In this document: in pieces, positions 20,971-31,116 of the stretch
How the letters are laid out: each line of letters opens with the position of its first letter
Position numbering within the stretch: position 1 is the first letter of the stretch
Assembly: GCA_964486435.1 (NCBI GenBank)
Contig: CAZAMM010000004.1
Span: 219-64,218 of the forward strand
Direction of reading: 5' to 3'
From: an uncultured Methanosarcinales archaeon
GTDB lineage: Archaea > Halobacteriota > Methanosarcinia > Methanosarcinales > Methanosarcinaceae
DNA: 64,000 bases
The notes under the pieces: model-generated
What the model saw: the letters and a program-made list of their open reading frames with translations, nothing else
What the model was told of the DNA's origin: nothing
Database searches by the model: none
Program-made: the position numbers and the translations under genes

Positions 20971-21837
20971 GTGGTGGACGAGGAATATAGTACAAGAGTA
21001 ATTAATGGACGCAGCCTTGCAAAGAAGGTGGAGGAAGAGGTAAAGAAGGGTGTTGAAGCACTTAAAGCGCAAAGGGCCATAACTCCTGGCCTTGCCACCA
21101 TTCTGGTAGGAGAGGACCCTGCTTCAAAGATGTATGTGCGCCTCAAGCACAAAGCGTGTGAAAGGACAGGCATACATGCAGAAGATCACAACCTTCCGGC
21201 CTCAATCTCGCAAGAAGAACTCATAGCTCACATTCAGCAGCTCAACCTGAGGAGCGATATTCACGGGATATTGCTGCAACTACCTCTTCCACGACATCTT
21301 AATGATAAGGAGGCCATGCTGGCCATAGACCCAAAAAAGGATGCCGATGGTTTTCATCCTTACAACATGGGGAACCTGCTGATAGGTAATGAGGGATTTG
21401 TACCCTGCACTCCAAAAGGAGTTATCCGGGCAATGGAAGAGCATGGTATTCAGATACAAGGGAAGCATGCAGTTGTGGTCGGGCACAGCAACGTCGTGGG
21501 AAAGCCCATGGCTGCAATGCTGATCAATCGCAATGCCACTGTTTCGGTATGCCACGTGTTCACCCAGAACCTTGAACAATACACTCTTGATGCTGACATA
21601 CTAGTAGTGGGAACAGGCGTCAAACACCTCATCAAAGCTGATATGGTAAAAGAAGGAGTTGTCGTTTTTGATGTGGGGATCACCGAAGAGAATGGAAAAG
21701 TGTACGGTGATGTGGACTTTGAGAACGTCATCAAAAAAGCCTCCCTTATAACCCCAGTACCCGGAGGCGTGGGACCTATGACAATTTCCATACTCATGCA
21801 GCATGTGCTGATGGCAGCTAAAGATGCGTCTACATAG
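20971..21837 (+). CDS. folD: Bifunctional methylenetetrahydrofolate dehydrogenase/cyclohydrolase
   Basis: Motifs [31 protein letters not shown] and [12 protein letters not shown] probable GTG start at 20971/20974 follows the SD-like aaagaggtga. The ORF is open from 20917, overlapping the glyA end. Confidence 0.9.
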   Translation: MVDEEYSTRVINGRSLAKKVEEEVKKGVEALKAQRAITPGLATILVGEDPASKMYVRLKHKACERTGIHAEDHNLPASISQEELIAHIQQLNLRSDIHGILLQLPLPRHLNDKEAMLAIDPKKDADGFHPYNMGNLLIGNEGFVPCTPKGVIRAMEEHGIQIQGKHAVVVGHSNVVGKPMAAMLINRNATVSVCHVFTQNLEQYTLDADILVVGTGVKHLIKADMVKEGVVVFDVGITEENGKVYGDVDFENVIKKASLITPVPGGVGPMTISILMQHVLMAAKDAST

Positions 21838-21882
21838 AGATAGATGCAATATATGTCGATTCCATACTTTGTCGGGTAGAAA

Positions 21883-23118
21883 ATGTTCGTTGATGCAGAT
21901 ATCTGCGGCTTGAAAGTTGGTGATGAACACCCTGTAAGGATAATGGGAGTTATTAATCTCAGCCATGAGTCTTTTTACAAGTCATCAGTAGTGAACATAG
22001 ATTCCATACTGGAGAAGGCATATAGCATGGTGGACAACGGTGCCACTATCCTGGATATAGGAGCACGCTCCACATGGCTGCTTGCAAAGCCTGTGATAAG
22101 CAGGGAAGAAGAGATGCAAAGGCTTGTCCCTGCACTTGATATTCTGAAAGACAACGTTGATGTGATCATTTCAGTAGATACGATGTTTGCTGACATCGCT
22201 GAAAAGGCCCTTGAACTGGGAGCTGATATGATCAATGATGTTTCCGGTTTTAAAGCCGATGAGAGAATGCTGGAAGTCCTGGCTGAACACAACTGTCCTG
22301 CAGTTGCCATGGCCACCGAGAAGATCCCTGGTGACCCAATAGGTATGGAGGCTATAATGGAATCCTTATCCGGCATCATCAGGCAGGCACATAACAAAGG
22401 CATGGACACCAGCAAGCTCATTCTGGACCCTGCCATAGGTAAATGGGTGCCTGAAAAGATACCAATATACGATTTTGAGACCATCGACCAGTTCGAAAGA
22501 CTGAAGGTGTTCCGCAAACCACTCCTTGCAGCGATATCGCGCAAATCCTGCATTGATGCAGTGCTGCACAGGCCAGCCGAGGAAAGGTTATATGGCACTC
22601 TTGCTGCCACTGCTATTGTGGTGCACAAGGGAGCTCACATCATAAGGACACACGATGTGCCACAAACCATGGATGTGGTAAAGGTGGCAGCGGCCATGCG
22701 CAGCAGGCAGTCTGTGGTAAAAGAGAATGGCTTTGAGGTTTCTGTAGTGAATATTGTAAACCCTGAAGATGCTGTGCGGACCATGAAGGATATGGGTGTC
22801 ACCGGGACCGGCTCCCGGATCATGAAAAAGAAATCTATTTCAAGGGTACTGAGAATATCCAATATAACCACCACTGAAGCCCTGATAATCAAGCAGGAGA
22901 TATTGGCAAGGGGAGGCGATGCCGCCCTTGAAAGAGATGCAGTGTCCCATGAGACAGAAAACACTGACATCCTTATCATGGGAACGATATTACAACTTGA
23001 GAAACTTGCGAAAAAACTGGAATGCCAGGCCCGTAACCTGCCCGCCATTTCCAGAATGATCCTGGATACACTGCAACTTGATGATAATGTAGAGCACCGT
23101 TATTTGAGGGAGCTATGA
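21883..23118 (+). CDS. Dihydropteroate synthase-like (pterin-binding) protein with an extra C-terminal domain of about 125 aa
   Basis: The N-terminal 270 aa look like DHPS (IMGVINLSHESF, GATILDIGARST, MINDVSGF, IIRTHDV). The C-terminal domain is unassigned. Confidence 0.75.
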   Translation: MFVDADICGLKVGDEHPVRIMGVINLSHESFYKSSVVNIDSILEKAYSMVDNGATILDIGARSTWLLAKPVISREEEMQRLVPALDILKDNVDVIISVDTMFADIAEKALELGADMINDVSGFKADERMLEVLAEHNCPAVAMATEKIPGDPIGMEAIMESLSGIIRQAHNKGMDTSKLILDPAIGKWVPEKIPIYDFETIDQFERLKVFRKPLLAAISRKSCIDAVLHRPAEERLYGTLAATAIVVHKGAHIIRTHDVPQTMDVVKVAAAMRSRQSVVKENGFEVSVVNIVNPEDAVRTMKDMGVTGTGSRIMKKKSISRVLRISNITTTEALIIKQEILARGGDAALERDAVSHETENTDILIMGTILQLEKLAKKLECQARNLPAISRMILDTLQLDDNVEHRYLREL

Positions 23119-23726
23119 TCATCTCTTCTTCTAAACCATTTGATGAGATACTTGCTGCTTTAAAGGGCAATGACAATGTTTTCGTGATCGGTTGTAATGT
23201 CTGCGCTGCAAAACTGCATGTTGGAGGTGAGCCCGAAGTGCTTGACATGTGCCAGAAACTAAAAACGGCCGGAAAACATGTGGTCGGATGGGTTCTGCCC
23301 ACTGCAGCCTGCAGCATTAGATCCCGCGAAACACTCCTGGAAAAAAATATTGATATACAAAAAGCTGATGCCATCCTTGTCATGGCATGCGGTAGCGGCA
23401 CTTCAGTAGTAGCCAGACTTGTGGATGTACCGGTCTATCCTTCCAATAACACTGATTCTCTGGGAGGACGAACGGCAGATCAGGTCCTTCCCCAGCTATG
23501 CGAAATGTGCGGTGCATGCAATATCCAGGAATTTGGAGGCATATGTCCTAAGGCCAACTGCCCTAAAGGCTTGCTCAACGGCCCATGTGGCGGCTCTATG
23601 TCCGGAAAATGCGAGATTGACCCGGAAAAGGACTGTGCATGGGAACTTATCTACAGGCAGCTTGAAAAAATTGGAAGATTGGAGCTGCTGGAGAAGGTGA
23701 TCGAGCCAAGGAGTTACAATCAGTAA
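23115..23726 (+). CDS. MetV-like protein (methylenetetrahydrofolate reductase C-terminal-domain-like, Cys-rich)
   Basis: 203-aa ORF with Cys-rich CEMCGACNIQEFGGICPKANCPKGLLNGPCGG, typical of the MTHFR_C/MetV family as I recall it. Its ATG overlaps the upstream stop (ATGA). Confidence 0.6.
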   Translation: MIISSSKPFDEILAALKGNDNVFVIGCNVCAAKLHVGGEPEVLDMCQKLKTAGKHVVGWVLPTAACSIRSRETLLEKNIDIQKADAILVMACGSGTSVVARLVDVPVYPSNNTDSLGGRTADQVLPQLCEMCGACNIQEFGGICPKANCPKGLLNGPCGGSMSGKCEIDPEKDCAWELIYRQLEKIGRLELLEKVIEPRSYNQ

Positions 23727-23835
23727 TTCATAGACAGATTTTTAACATTATCGAAGTTGTTCCAAGCATATGCACATAGATCATATACTGTAAGCATTCC
23801 CATATCCATATGATTAATAAAAAAGATGTGAGAGG

Positions 23836-25551
23836 TTAACCCCAGTTACCCACAACCGGGATCACACCTTCCCACCCAAGGCCTATAATATCAAAGCCAG
23901 AATCTGCCTGGATCAGGAAATTATTACCTCCTCTATTATAAATGCCTACTTCGGTAACACCATCTCCATCCCAGTCACCTACAACCGGCTCAGTACCGGC
24001 CCAGCCGAATCCTACGATGTCAGCAGAATTGGTATCGGTGTTCCACAGAGCCCAAGTACCTGCATTGTTATATACACCTACCTCATCAGCACCGTCACCG
24101 TCCCAGTCACCTATGACCGGAGTAACACCGGGCCAGCCAAGACCGATAACATTGAAACTGCTCTCTGTAGGGAGAAGGAAATTATTACCAATGGTATTGT
24201 AAATGCCCACATCTGTAACACCATCTCCATCCCAGTCACCTACAACCGGCTCGGTACCTGCCCAGCCGAATCCCACAATGTCAGCAGAATTGGTATCGGT
24301 GTTCCACAGAGCCCATGTACCTGCATTGTCATAGACTCCCACCTCATCAGCACCGTCCCCGTTCCAGTCACCAACTACTGGTGTAACTCCTGGCCAGCCA
24401 AGGCCGATAACATCGAAGCCGCTCTCTGCAGGGAGAAGGAAGTTATTACCACCGGTATTGTAAATTCCTGCCTCAGTAATTCCATCTCCATTCCAGTCAC
24501 CTACCACTGGCTCAGTGCCTGTCCAGCCGAAACCCACAATGTCAGCAGAATTGTTATAAGAGTTCCAGAGTGCCCAGGTACCTGTATTATCATATACTCC
24601 TATCTCATCTACACCCAGATCGAAAATGAAAAGACCTCTTGCAGCATTAGCTACGTAGAAAAGGTTATCTGAAACAGCAACTTTCTGTGGGTTGCTCATA
24701 TAATACTCTGCCTGGACAACTGATAATACAGGGTCACTGATATCAACAATAGTAAAGCCTTGAGTATAGGTAACGCCAAGATAATTGCCTTGTGCAGCAA
24801 CAAAACGTGCAGAACCATTGATCTCGTAACTGTCGGCATAGAGCGGCACGGCAGGATCAAAGACATCTACAATTTCAAGATAACCAAGCCCCTCATCATC
24901 AAGATTACTGGCTACATAGGCATAATAGTCTGCTACAGCAACATCAAATGCATAACCAGTGGTATTATATGTACCTTCCAGAATTGGTGATGAAGGAACA
25001 ACGAAATCTATGACCATAAGATTGTAGCCATCAGCTACATAAGCATAATGATCTGCTACAGCAACACCAACTGCAGAATAACCAGTATCATAACTACTCA
25101 CAAAAGTTGGTGACGAAGGATCGCTAATATCCAGGATCACAAGTTCACCGGCTGCCAGACAGACATAACCGTCTTCAATAGCAACATCGACCGCAATGCC
25201 AGTATCAACTTCATAACTGCCGACAAACGCTGGTGATGAAGGGTCGCTGACGTCCACGATAACAAGACTTGTATTAGCAGCTATGTAGGCATGATCGTCT
25301 GAAACAACAATACCAAAGGCATCACCGCTGGTATCATAACTGCTCACAAAGGTTGGCGATGAAGGGTCAGTGACATCCAATATCACAAGACCGTCACCGT
25401 CAGCTATATAGGCATAGTTGTCTACCACAACAACATCATTTGCAACAGAATCAGTATCATAACTGCCCACAAGAACAGCTGAGACTATTCCTGCGGTCAT
25501 TATCAGAAAGAACAAGACTTCTACGATCAATACTCCTGATCTCATTTGCAT
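23836..25551 (-). CDS. Secreted or surface repeat protein (LVIVD-type repeats plus FG-GAP/VCBS-type repeats)
   Basis: 571-aa ORF with an N-terminal TM/signal. It has repeats LVILDVTDPSSP, LVIVDVSDPSSP and LVILDISDPSSP, followed by three 87-aa units containing VVGDWNGDGITEAGIY and VVGDWDGDGVTDVGIY. Confidence 0.75.
   Translation of the reverse strand: MQMRSGVLIVEVLFFLIMTAGIVSAVLVGSYDTDSVANDVVVVDNYAYIADGDGLVILDVTDPSSPTFVSSYDTSGDAFGIVVSDDHAYIAANTSLVIVDVSDPSSPAFVGSYEVDTGIAVDVAIEDGYVCLAAGELVILDISDPSSPTFVSSYDTGYSAVGVAVADHYAYVADGYNLMVIDFVVPSSPILEGTYNTTGYAFDVAVADYYAYVASNLDDEGLGYLEIVDVFDPAVPLYADSYEINGSARFVAAQGNYLGVTYTQGFTIVDISDPVLSVVQAEYYMSNPQKVAVSDNLFYVANAARGLFIFDLGVDEIGVYDNTGTWALWNSYNNSADIVGFGWTGTEPVVGDWNGDGITEAGIYNTGGNNFLLPAESGFDVIGLGWPGVTPVVGDWNGDGADEVGVYDNAGTWALWNTDTNSADIVGFGWAGTEPVVGDWDGDGVTDVGIYNTIGNNFLLPTESSFNVIGLGWPGVTPVIGDWDGDGADEVGVYNNAGTWALWNTDTNSADIVGFGWAGTEPVVGDWDGDGVTEVGIYNRGGNNFLIQADSGFDIIGLGWEGVIPVVGNWG
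23839..24600. repeat. Three tandem, highly similar 261-bp coding repeats inside the 23836-25551 gene
   Basis: caccatctccatcccagtcacctacaaccggctc recurs at 23958 and 24219 (offset 261), with a diverged copy at about 24480. The protein units are GVYDN[TA]GTWALWN...GDW[ND]GDGADEV. Confidence 0.8.
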
Positions 25552-26015
25552 TCATATCACCACTCTACGAACTGCAGGTAATTCTGATTCAGTTTACCTT
25601 TGAGAATAAATATGAGATTAACTAATACTTAAACACAATTAAAATTTCCAACATATGTAAATATACATTTGCTCAGATAAAGATTGTTAAACAAGCACTT
25701 ATCCAGAGAAAATGCTTTAGTATCCTGCTTTTCCTTACACACACGATTTATTGTACAATAAAAATCAGAGACATTTTTTTGCAAGCTGATCTGCTAATAC
25801 CAACAAGAGGTCGCTAAGCAGTAATATTAAAACACAATACTGGTTTTGATGCTGATTTAAGTTCCATATAGAAATCTATTTATAACATATATTGAATTGA
25901 ATATTCGATATGTCTACTCCGACATAACGCTGCTGGCAGCACTTTAGAACATAAGACTTCCTGGCCAAAACCTGCCGGCAGCTCAATTCCAAGATAGTTT
26001 TAATCTAAATATAAG

Positions 26016-26855
26016 GTGGTGTACTGCACGGATAAAAATAATCAGACGTTACTTACAGTTGCCATAACGATCGCAATTGTGATAGCCCTTTTGGCTATGT
26101 TCATGGGCTCTAATGGTGAAAAGCAACAGGATCAGCAACAAGGATCTCAGCCTACACAGATCAATGTTGCTGCAGCTGCCAGCCTCACTGAAGCATTCAC
26201 AGATATTGAAAAAGAATTTGAAACGGAGAATTCAAACATCGATATTGTTTATAACTTTGCAGCATCAGGAACTCTCCGTACACAAATAGAAGTTGCTCCG
26301 GAAACAGCAGACGTATTTGCTTCAGCAGCTCAGGATCAAATGGACATGTTAGCATCCAAGGGATTCGTATATAACGCTACGCGGGAGGACTTCGTAGAAA
26401 ACTCACTGGTAATGATAACTCCATCAGGAAATGCTGTTGGACTTATCGGCATGCAAGATCTTACCAAGACCGAAGTGGAAAAGATTTCCATTGGAAACCC
26501 TGATACTGTTCCTGCTGGAAAATATGCAAAGGAAGCACTTACTAACGCAGGGCTTTGGGACAATGTGTCAAGTAAGACACTTTTGGCAGAAAATGTTAAA
26601 CAGGCCCTTGTCTATGTGGAAAGAGGCGAAGCTGAGGCAGGATTTGTGTTCAGTACCGATGCATCATCTGCAAAGAACGGTTCAATTGAAGTCATTGCTT
26701 CAGTTCCCATAACCACACCTATTACTTACCCCATAGCTGTAGTGTCAGCTACACAACATAAGGACGATTCCCAGATGTTCATAGATTTCGTCACAGGAGA
26801 AAAAGGTAAATCCATACTGGAACAATATGGCTTCAGTATTCCTCAGACCGGATGA
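26016..26855 (+). CDS. modA: Molybdate ABC transporter substrate-binding protein
   Basis: 279-aa ORF with an N-terminal membrane anchor and ModA-like NVAAAASLTEAF and DTVPAGKYAKEAL. It is followed by modB and modC. GTG start. Confidence 0.85.
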   Translation: MVYCTDKNNQTLLTVAITIAIVIALLAMFMGSNGEKQQDQQQGSQPTQINVAAAASLTEAFTDIEKEFETENSNIDIVYNFAASGTLRTQIEVAPETADVFASAAQDQMDMLASKGFVYNATREDFVENSLVMITPSGNAVGLIGMQDLTKTEVEKISIGNPDTVPAGKYAKEALTNAGLWDNVSSKTLLAENVKQALVYVERGEAEAGFVFSTDASSAKNGSIEVIASVPITTPITYPIAVVSATQHKDDSQMFIDFVTGEKGKSILEQYGFSIPQTG

Positions 26856-26861
26856 ACTCAA

Positions 26862-27530
26862 ATGCTTGACCAGGTATGGTTCCCTTTATACATAACGCTT
26901 AAGATATCACTGGTATCCTCGTTGATAGTGGCAATACTGGGTACCTTGATATCCTATATCCTGGCCAGAAGGGAATTCATGGGCAAGTGGCTTATCGATT
27001 CACTGGTCACTCTACCTATGATACTTCCCCCTACAGTAACCGGATACATGCTGGTCGTGCTTCTGGGAAAGAACGGGGTCCTTGGAAATGTTTTATTTGA
27101 TCTGACAGGCATTACCTTGCTTTTCACCTGGCAGGCAGCAGTCATCGCGGCATTTGTAGTTTCCCTGCCCCTTATGGTCAAGACCACTACTGCAGCCATA
27201 GAGGCCGTGGACAGAGAACTGGAATATGTAGCCTATACATTGGGAAAGAGTGAACTTGAAACCGCATTGTTCATCACCCTGCCTCTTGCTAAAAGAGGCA
27301 TACTTGCCGGCATAGTGCTCAGTTTTGCAAGAGCAGTAGGAGAGTTCGGTGCAACACTTATGGTCGCCGGGAATATCCCTGGCAGGACCAATACTATGGC
27401 CATCTCCATTTACAGTGCATTCCAGGGTGGCAACAGTGAACTTGCGAACACACTGGTGATAATACTCGTGCTCATGTCTCTGATATCCATGGCCATTACT
27501 ACAAAACTTGTAAATAGCTGGAAGATCTGA
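26862..27530 (+). CDS. modB: Molybdate ABC transporter permease
   Basis: 222-aa polytopic membrane ORF with an EAA-type loop (IEAVDRELEYVAYTLG) and a length typical of ModB. Confidence 0.9.
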   Translation: MLDQVWFPLYITLKISLVSSLIVAILGTLISYILARREFMGKWLIDSLVTLPMILPPTVTGYMLVVLLGKNGVLGNVLFDLTGITLLFTWQAAVIAAFVVSLPLMVKTTTAAIEAVDRELEYVAYTLGKSELETALFITLPLAKRGILAGIVLSFARAVGEFGATLMVAGNIPGRTNTMAISIYSAFQGGNSELANTLVIILVLMSLISMAITTKLVNSWKI

Positions 27531-27531
27531 G

Positions 27532-28659
27532 GTGGGATGCATGGGGATCAAAGTTGACTTCAGAAAACGATTTTACAGGGACAATGACAGGAAGAAAGGA
27601 AAAGAACTTTCTTTCACCATGGATGTCAGCTTTGAAGCAGGCAACGAACTTGTAGTACTTTTTGGCCAGTCCGGCTCCGGAAAGACCACGACCTTACGAT
27701 GTATAGCCGGTCTGGAAAAACCCAATGGTGGAAAGATCACTGTAAACGATACGGTGTACTTCGACTGTCAGAAAAGGATAGACCTGCCTCCACAAAAACG
27801 TAGTCTTGGTTATGTGTTCCAGAACTATGCTCTTTTCCCTCACATGGATGTAAAGAAAAATATCACATACGGGCTCAAGGGCAGGACAGACCAGGAAAAG
27901 GAAAGGAGAATGAGGGAAATGCTTCGGCTTTTACATATAGAAGGACTGGAGGACCACTATCCTTCACAGCTTTCAGGAGGACAGAAACAACGTGTGGCTC
28001 TGGCCCGTGCTCTGGCTCCCGGACCGAACATTTTACTATTGGACGAGCCTTTTTCCGCACTGGATATGGTCGTGCGCATGAAGTTGCGGGAAAGGATAAA
28101 ACTGATCCAGAAAGAACTGAACATACCCGTGCTTTTCATCACCCATAACCCAGTAGAGGCTTTCACACTTGCTGACAGGATCATAGTTTTCCATGAAGGT
28201 ACAGTGCAGCAGACAGGCACCCCTGAAGAGGTATTTTACCATCCGAAGAACAGACATGTAGCAGAGCTTGCTGGTGTGACCAATATATTCGATGATGCTG
28301 TATTTGAAGGCCATATAGACAAGGATAGAGCATTGTTCAAAGCAGGGGAACTGGAAATAATTACCAGGCACATTGACCTTAAACCTGATAAAAGGGTTTC
28401 ATGGGGCATTCGCCCCGAAAATATCATCTTTGTGAACCCCGGGAAGGAGAATATAGATACCTATGAAAACCACTTCACCGGGAAAGTTATAAGCATCGTC
28501 AACAAAGGTGCAAGCAAACTCATAGCAGTGGGATCGAACAACGAGAGAAGAATACTGATCTCTGAAGTATCGAACAAAGCTTATGAAGAACTTAACCTTT
28601 GCCAAGGATACAGTTGCACATTTTCATTTGCATCTAGGGACGTACTGATATTCGTCTGA
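27532..28659 (+). CDS. modC: Molybdate ABC transporter ATP-binding protein with a C-terminal TOBE/Mop-like domain
   Basis: Walker A GQSGSGKTT, signature LSGGQKQRVALARAL and Walker B LLLDEP, plus a C-terminal extension of about 120 aa. Confidence 0.9.
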   Translation: MGCMGIKVDFRKRFYRDNDRKKGKELSFTMDVSFEAGNELVVLFGQSGSGKTTTLRCIAGLEKPNGGKITVNDTVYFDCQKRIDLPPQKRSLGYVFQNYALFPHMDVKKNITYGLKGRTDQEKERRMREMLRLLHIEGLEDHYPSQLSGGQKQRVALARALAPGPNILLLDEPFSALDMVVRMKLRERIKLIQKELNIPVLFITHNPVEAFTLADRIIVFHEGTVQQTGTPEEVFYHPKNRHVAELAGVTNIFDDAVFEGHIDKDRALFKAGELEIITRHIDLKPDKRVSWGIRPENIIFVNPGKENIDTYENHFTGKVISIVNKGASKLIAVGSNNERRILISEVSNKAYEELNLCQGYSCTFSFASRDVLIFV

Positions 28660-28795
28660 TCTTAACACTTTTTATTGAGAATATAGCTTCATATAAAATG
28701 TTCAAGCCACACCTATAAGTGAACTATTTATAGCATAATGTTAGAAATATATCATATTAAGATAAAAATATCACACATAATGAGAGGTATTCAAT

Positions 28796-29182
28796 ATGGA
28801 TAAGAGATATAAATATAGCCTTTATGCAGCAATAATAGCCTTTGTGGCAGGAGTGACGGCGAGTGTCCTGCAAATAGGCAATGAAGAGGTTGCAAATATA
28901 TTGATCAACATCGGTGTGGCCCTTATAGCCGTACTGCTGATCAGGCTGAGAAGGACAGGGAACCTGCCGGAAAAAGATGAAAGAACAAAGAAACTGGGTG
29001 CTTATGGCCTGTCATACTCATGGCTCATCACATTTCTCGCTTTGAACCTGATATTCTGGATAGATCGCCTGCAGTTTGCACAGCTCACAGTATCCGAAGT
29101 AGTGTTCATTCTCGGAATTATCATGCTGGTGACGGCAAAAGGTTTCCAGTGGCATTTCCTCTCAAAAAGCGATATGGACTGA
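28796..29182 (+). CDS. Small integral membrane protein (DUF2178-like partner of the following HTH gene)
   Basis: 128-aa ORF with four hydrophobic helices. A membrane protein followed by a short XRE regulator is a recurrent gene pair. Confidence 0.5.
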   Translation: MDKRYKYSLYAAIIAFVAGVTASVLQIGNEEVANILINIGVALIAVLLIRLRRTGNLPEKDERTKKLGAYGLSYSWLITFLALNLIFWIDRLQFAQLTVSEVVFILGIIMLVTAKGFQWHFLSKSDMD

Positions 29183-29208
29183 TCAATGATCCATAAAAGA
29201 GGTGTTGC

Positions 29209-29412
29209 ATGCAGACAAGGATCAAAGAGTTCAGAGCACGATACGATCTTACCCAGGAAGACCTGGCAAGAAAAGTAGGTGTGCGTAGAGAAACAATAGG
29301 TTTTCTGGAAAAGGGGAAATACAACCCATCACTGAAACTTGCATACAGGATAGCAAAATGCCTGAACTCCACTATAGACGAGCTATTTATATTTGATGAT
29401 ACTGACCTCTGA
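29209..29412 (+). CDS. XRE-family helix-turn-helix transcriptional regulator
   Basis: 67-aa ORF: [45 protein letters not shown]. Confidence 0.8.
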   Translation: MQTRIKEFRARYDLTQEDLARKVGVRRETIGFLEKGKYNPSLKLAYRIAKCLNSTIDELFIFDDTDL

Positions 29413-29413
29413 A

Positions 29414-29971
29414 ATGAGAGATATGGAAACAAGAACAAAAGTTTGGATCACAGAAGACGGAAAACCCGTAATTGGAGAAGGAAAAGTTGCCCTCCTCAAG
29501 GCAATAGATGAAGAAGGGTCCCTGCGCAAAGCCTGCAGCAAAGTAGGTGTTTCCTACAAACATGCATGGATGGTGCTCAATAAGATGAGCGAACGCCTGG
29601 GAGAAGATGTAGTAGTGACAGTAAGAGGAGGAAAAGAGCAGGGCACATTTCTTACCGATGCTGGCCGTAAACTCATAAAAGAATATGATATGAGCAAACA
29701 ACTGCTCAATGATGCCATGCATGATGAGACTTTAAGAGAAGATCTTGGTTTGCACCTTTCCGCACGTAACAGGATACCAGCAAAGGTTGTAGAAGTCGAA
29801 AAAGGCGATGTGGCCTCCCGGGTTAAATTAACCATAGAAGCTGCAGTGCTCAGTTCACTTATTACCAGCGAGGCAGTGGAAAAACTGAACATAAAAGAAG
29901 GTGATGAGGTCTTTGCAGTGATCAAGTCTACTGAGGTACTTATTGGTAAAAGGGCAGTGAACAAGGATTAA
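29414..29971 (+). CDS. modE: ModE-like molybdate-responsive regulator (winged HTH plus a single Mop/TOBE domain)
   Basis: N-terminus GEGKVALLKAIDEEGSLRKACSKVGVSYKHAWMVLNKM (ModE-type HTH). C-terminus SARNRIPAKVVEVEKGDVASRVKL...VFAVIKSTEVLI (Mop). The start is taken at 29414, one nt after the XRE stop. Confidence 0.7.
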   Translation: MRDMETRTKVWITEDGKPVIGEGKVALLKAIDEEGSLRKACSKVGVSYKHAWMVLNKMSERLGEDVVVTVRGGKEQGTFLTDAGRKLIKEYDMSKQLLNDAMHDETLREDLGLHLSARNRIPAKVVEVEKGDVASRVKLTIEAAVLSSLITSEAVEKLNIKEGDEVFAVIKSTEVLIGKRAVNKD

Positions 29972-30013
29972 GCCCTTGATACCCTCTTGATGCTTTTTCT
30001 ATCAAAACATCGA

Positions 30014-31099
30014 TCAATGATCCAAGTTACACTTTTTTCTGAATGCCCCATAGGCCATGAGAGGAAGCAACACAAGTGCAAATCCAAGCTGCACATGAGA
30101 TGGCACAATATCCGCTCCACTTCCCACGATTGCTGCTGCCTGGATCCCAAGACCCAGATAGATGATATCTAGCAGCAGTCCAAAGCCTATGGAACATATT
30201 GCTATCATGCCAACGTACACCATTGCAGTCCTTTTTCCCAGAAATTTCATTACCATGGTGATGGTCGCAGCGTTAGTAGCCGGTCCTGCAAGGAGGAACA
30301 CGAAGGCAGTTCCGGGACTCATGCCCTTTGCAACAAGTGCTGCAACAAGAGGAGTAGACGTTGTGGCACAAATGTAAAGAGGTATGCCTATTAGAAGCAT
30401 CATCAACATGGAATAGATGCCACCTCCCAGATAGGAGCTGATCATCTCCTCAGGTATTAAATATGCGATAGTACCTGCAATAATGGTCCCTATTATCAGC
30501 CATTTTGAAATATCCCCAAGAAGTTCTAGAAACGCATATTTTATACCAGCTGCAATTTTAGAAAATATGTTTGTATTAACATTGGAAGAACATGCTCCGC
30601 CTGAACATGAACAGCCGCATCCCTGGGCGGCAGGGGTCTGCACCAGAACAAGTGGTTTACTTGAAAGTGTCTTCTTCTCTGTTCCCGATGAAAAGTTTTC
30701 AACTATACCTGCTGCAATAGCTGTGCACAATGTAGCCACGGGTCTGAATACCGTCATTATAGGATCAAGCAAGGCATAGGTAATCGCAATGGAATCAACT
30801 CCTGTTTCCGGTGTAGAGATCATGAAGGATAACGTAGCCCCTTTTGTTGCACCTCTTTTCTTAAGAGATAAGGCCGTAGGTACCACTCCACAGGAACATA
30901 ACGGCAACGGCAAACCCATGATAGATGCATTGATCACAGACCTCACTTTTCCTGCTGATTCCCCCAGATAGGACAACACTTTTTCGTCCGGCACAAGCGC
31001 ATGCAGTATGCCTGCGATCAGGAATCCCAGAAAAAGATAAGGGGACATTTCCAGAAAAAGTGACCAGGATGCAAATGAAATGCCATACAGGACCTGCAT
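30014..31099 (-). CDS. PF03773-type permease (putative metal or metalloid efflux, ArsP/SO_0444-like)
   Basis: Polytopic membrane ORF with a Cys-rich loop (AAQGCGCSCSGGACSS) and a CSCG motif, downstream of an ArsR regulator. The start is taken at M18 (31099). Confidence 0.6.
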   Translation of the reverse strand: MQVLYGISFASWSLFLEMSPYLFLGFLIAGILHALVPDEKVLSYLGESAGKVRSVINASIMGLPLPLCSCGVVPTALSLKKRGATKGATLSFMISTPETGVDSIAITYALLDPIMTVFRPVATLCTAIAAGIVENFSSGTEKKTLSSKPLVLVQTPAAQGCGCSCSGGACSSNVNTNIFSKIAAGIKYAFLELLGDISKWLIIGTIIAGTIAYLIPEEMISSYLGGGIYSMLMMLLIGIPLYICATTSTPLVAALVAKGMSPGTAFVFLLAGPATNAATITMVMKFLGKRTAMVYVGMIAICSIGFGLLLDIIYLGLGIQAAAIVGSGADIVPSHVQLGFALVLLPLMAYGAFRKKCNLDH

Positions 31100-31116
31100 G
31101 ACAGATTCTGAGAATA

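Noticed and set aside
21975-22628. 217-aa minus-strand ORF
   Set aside because: It is antisense to the DHPS-like gene, Ser-rich and low in complexity, with no recognisable domain. Judged a shadow ORF.
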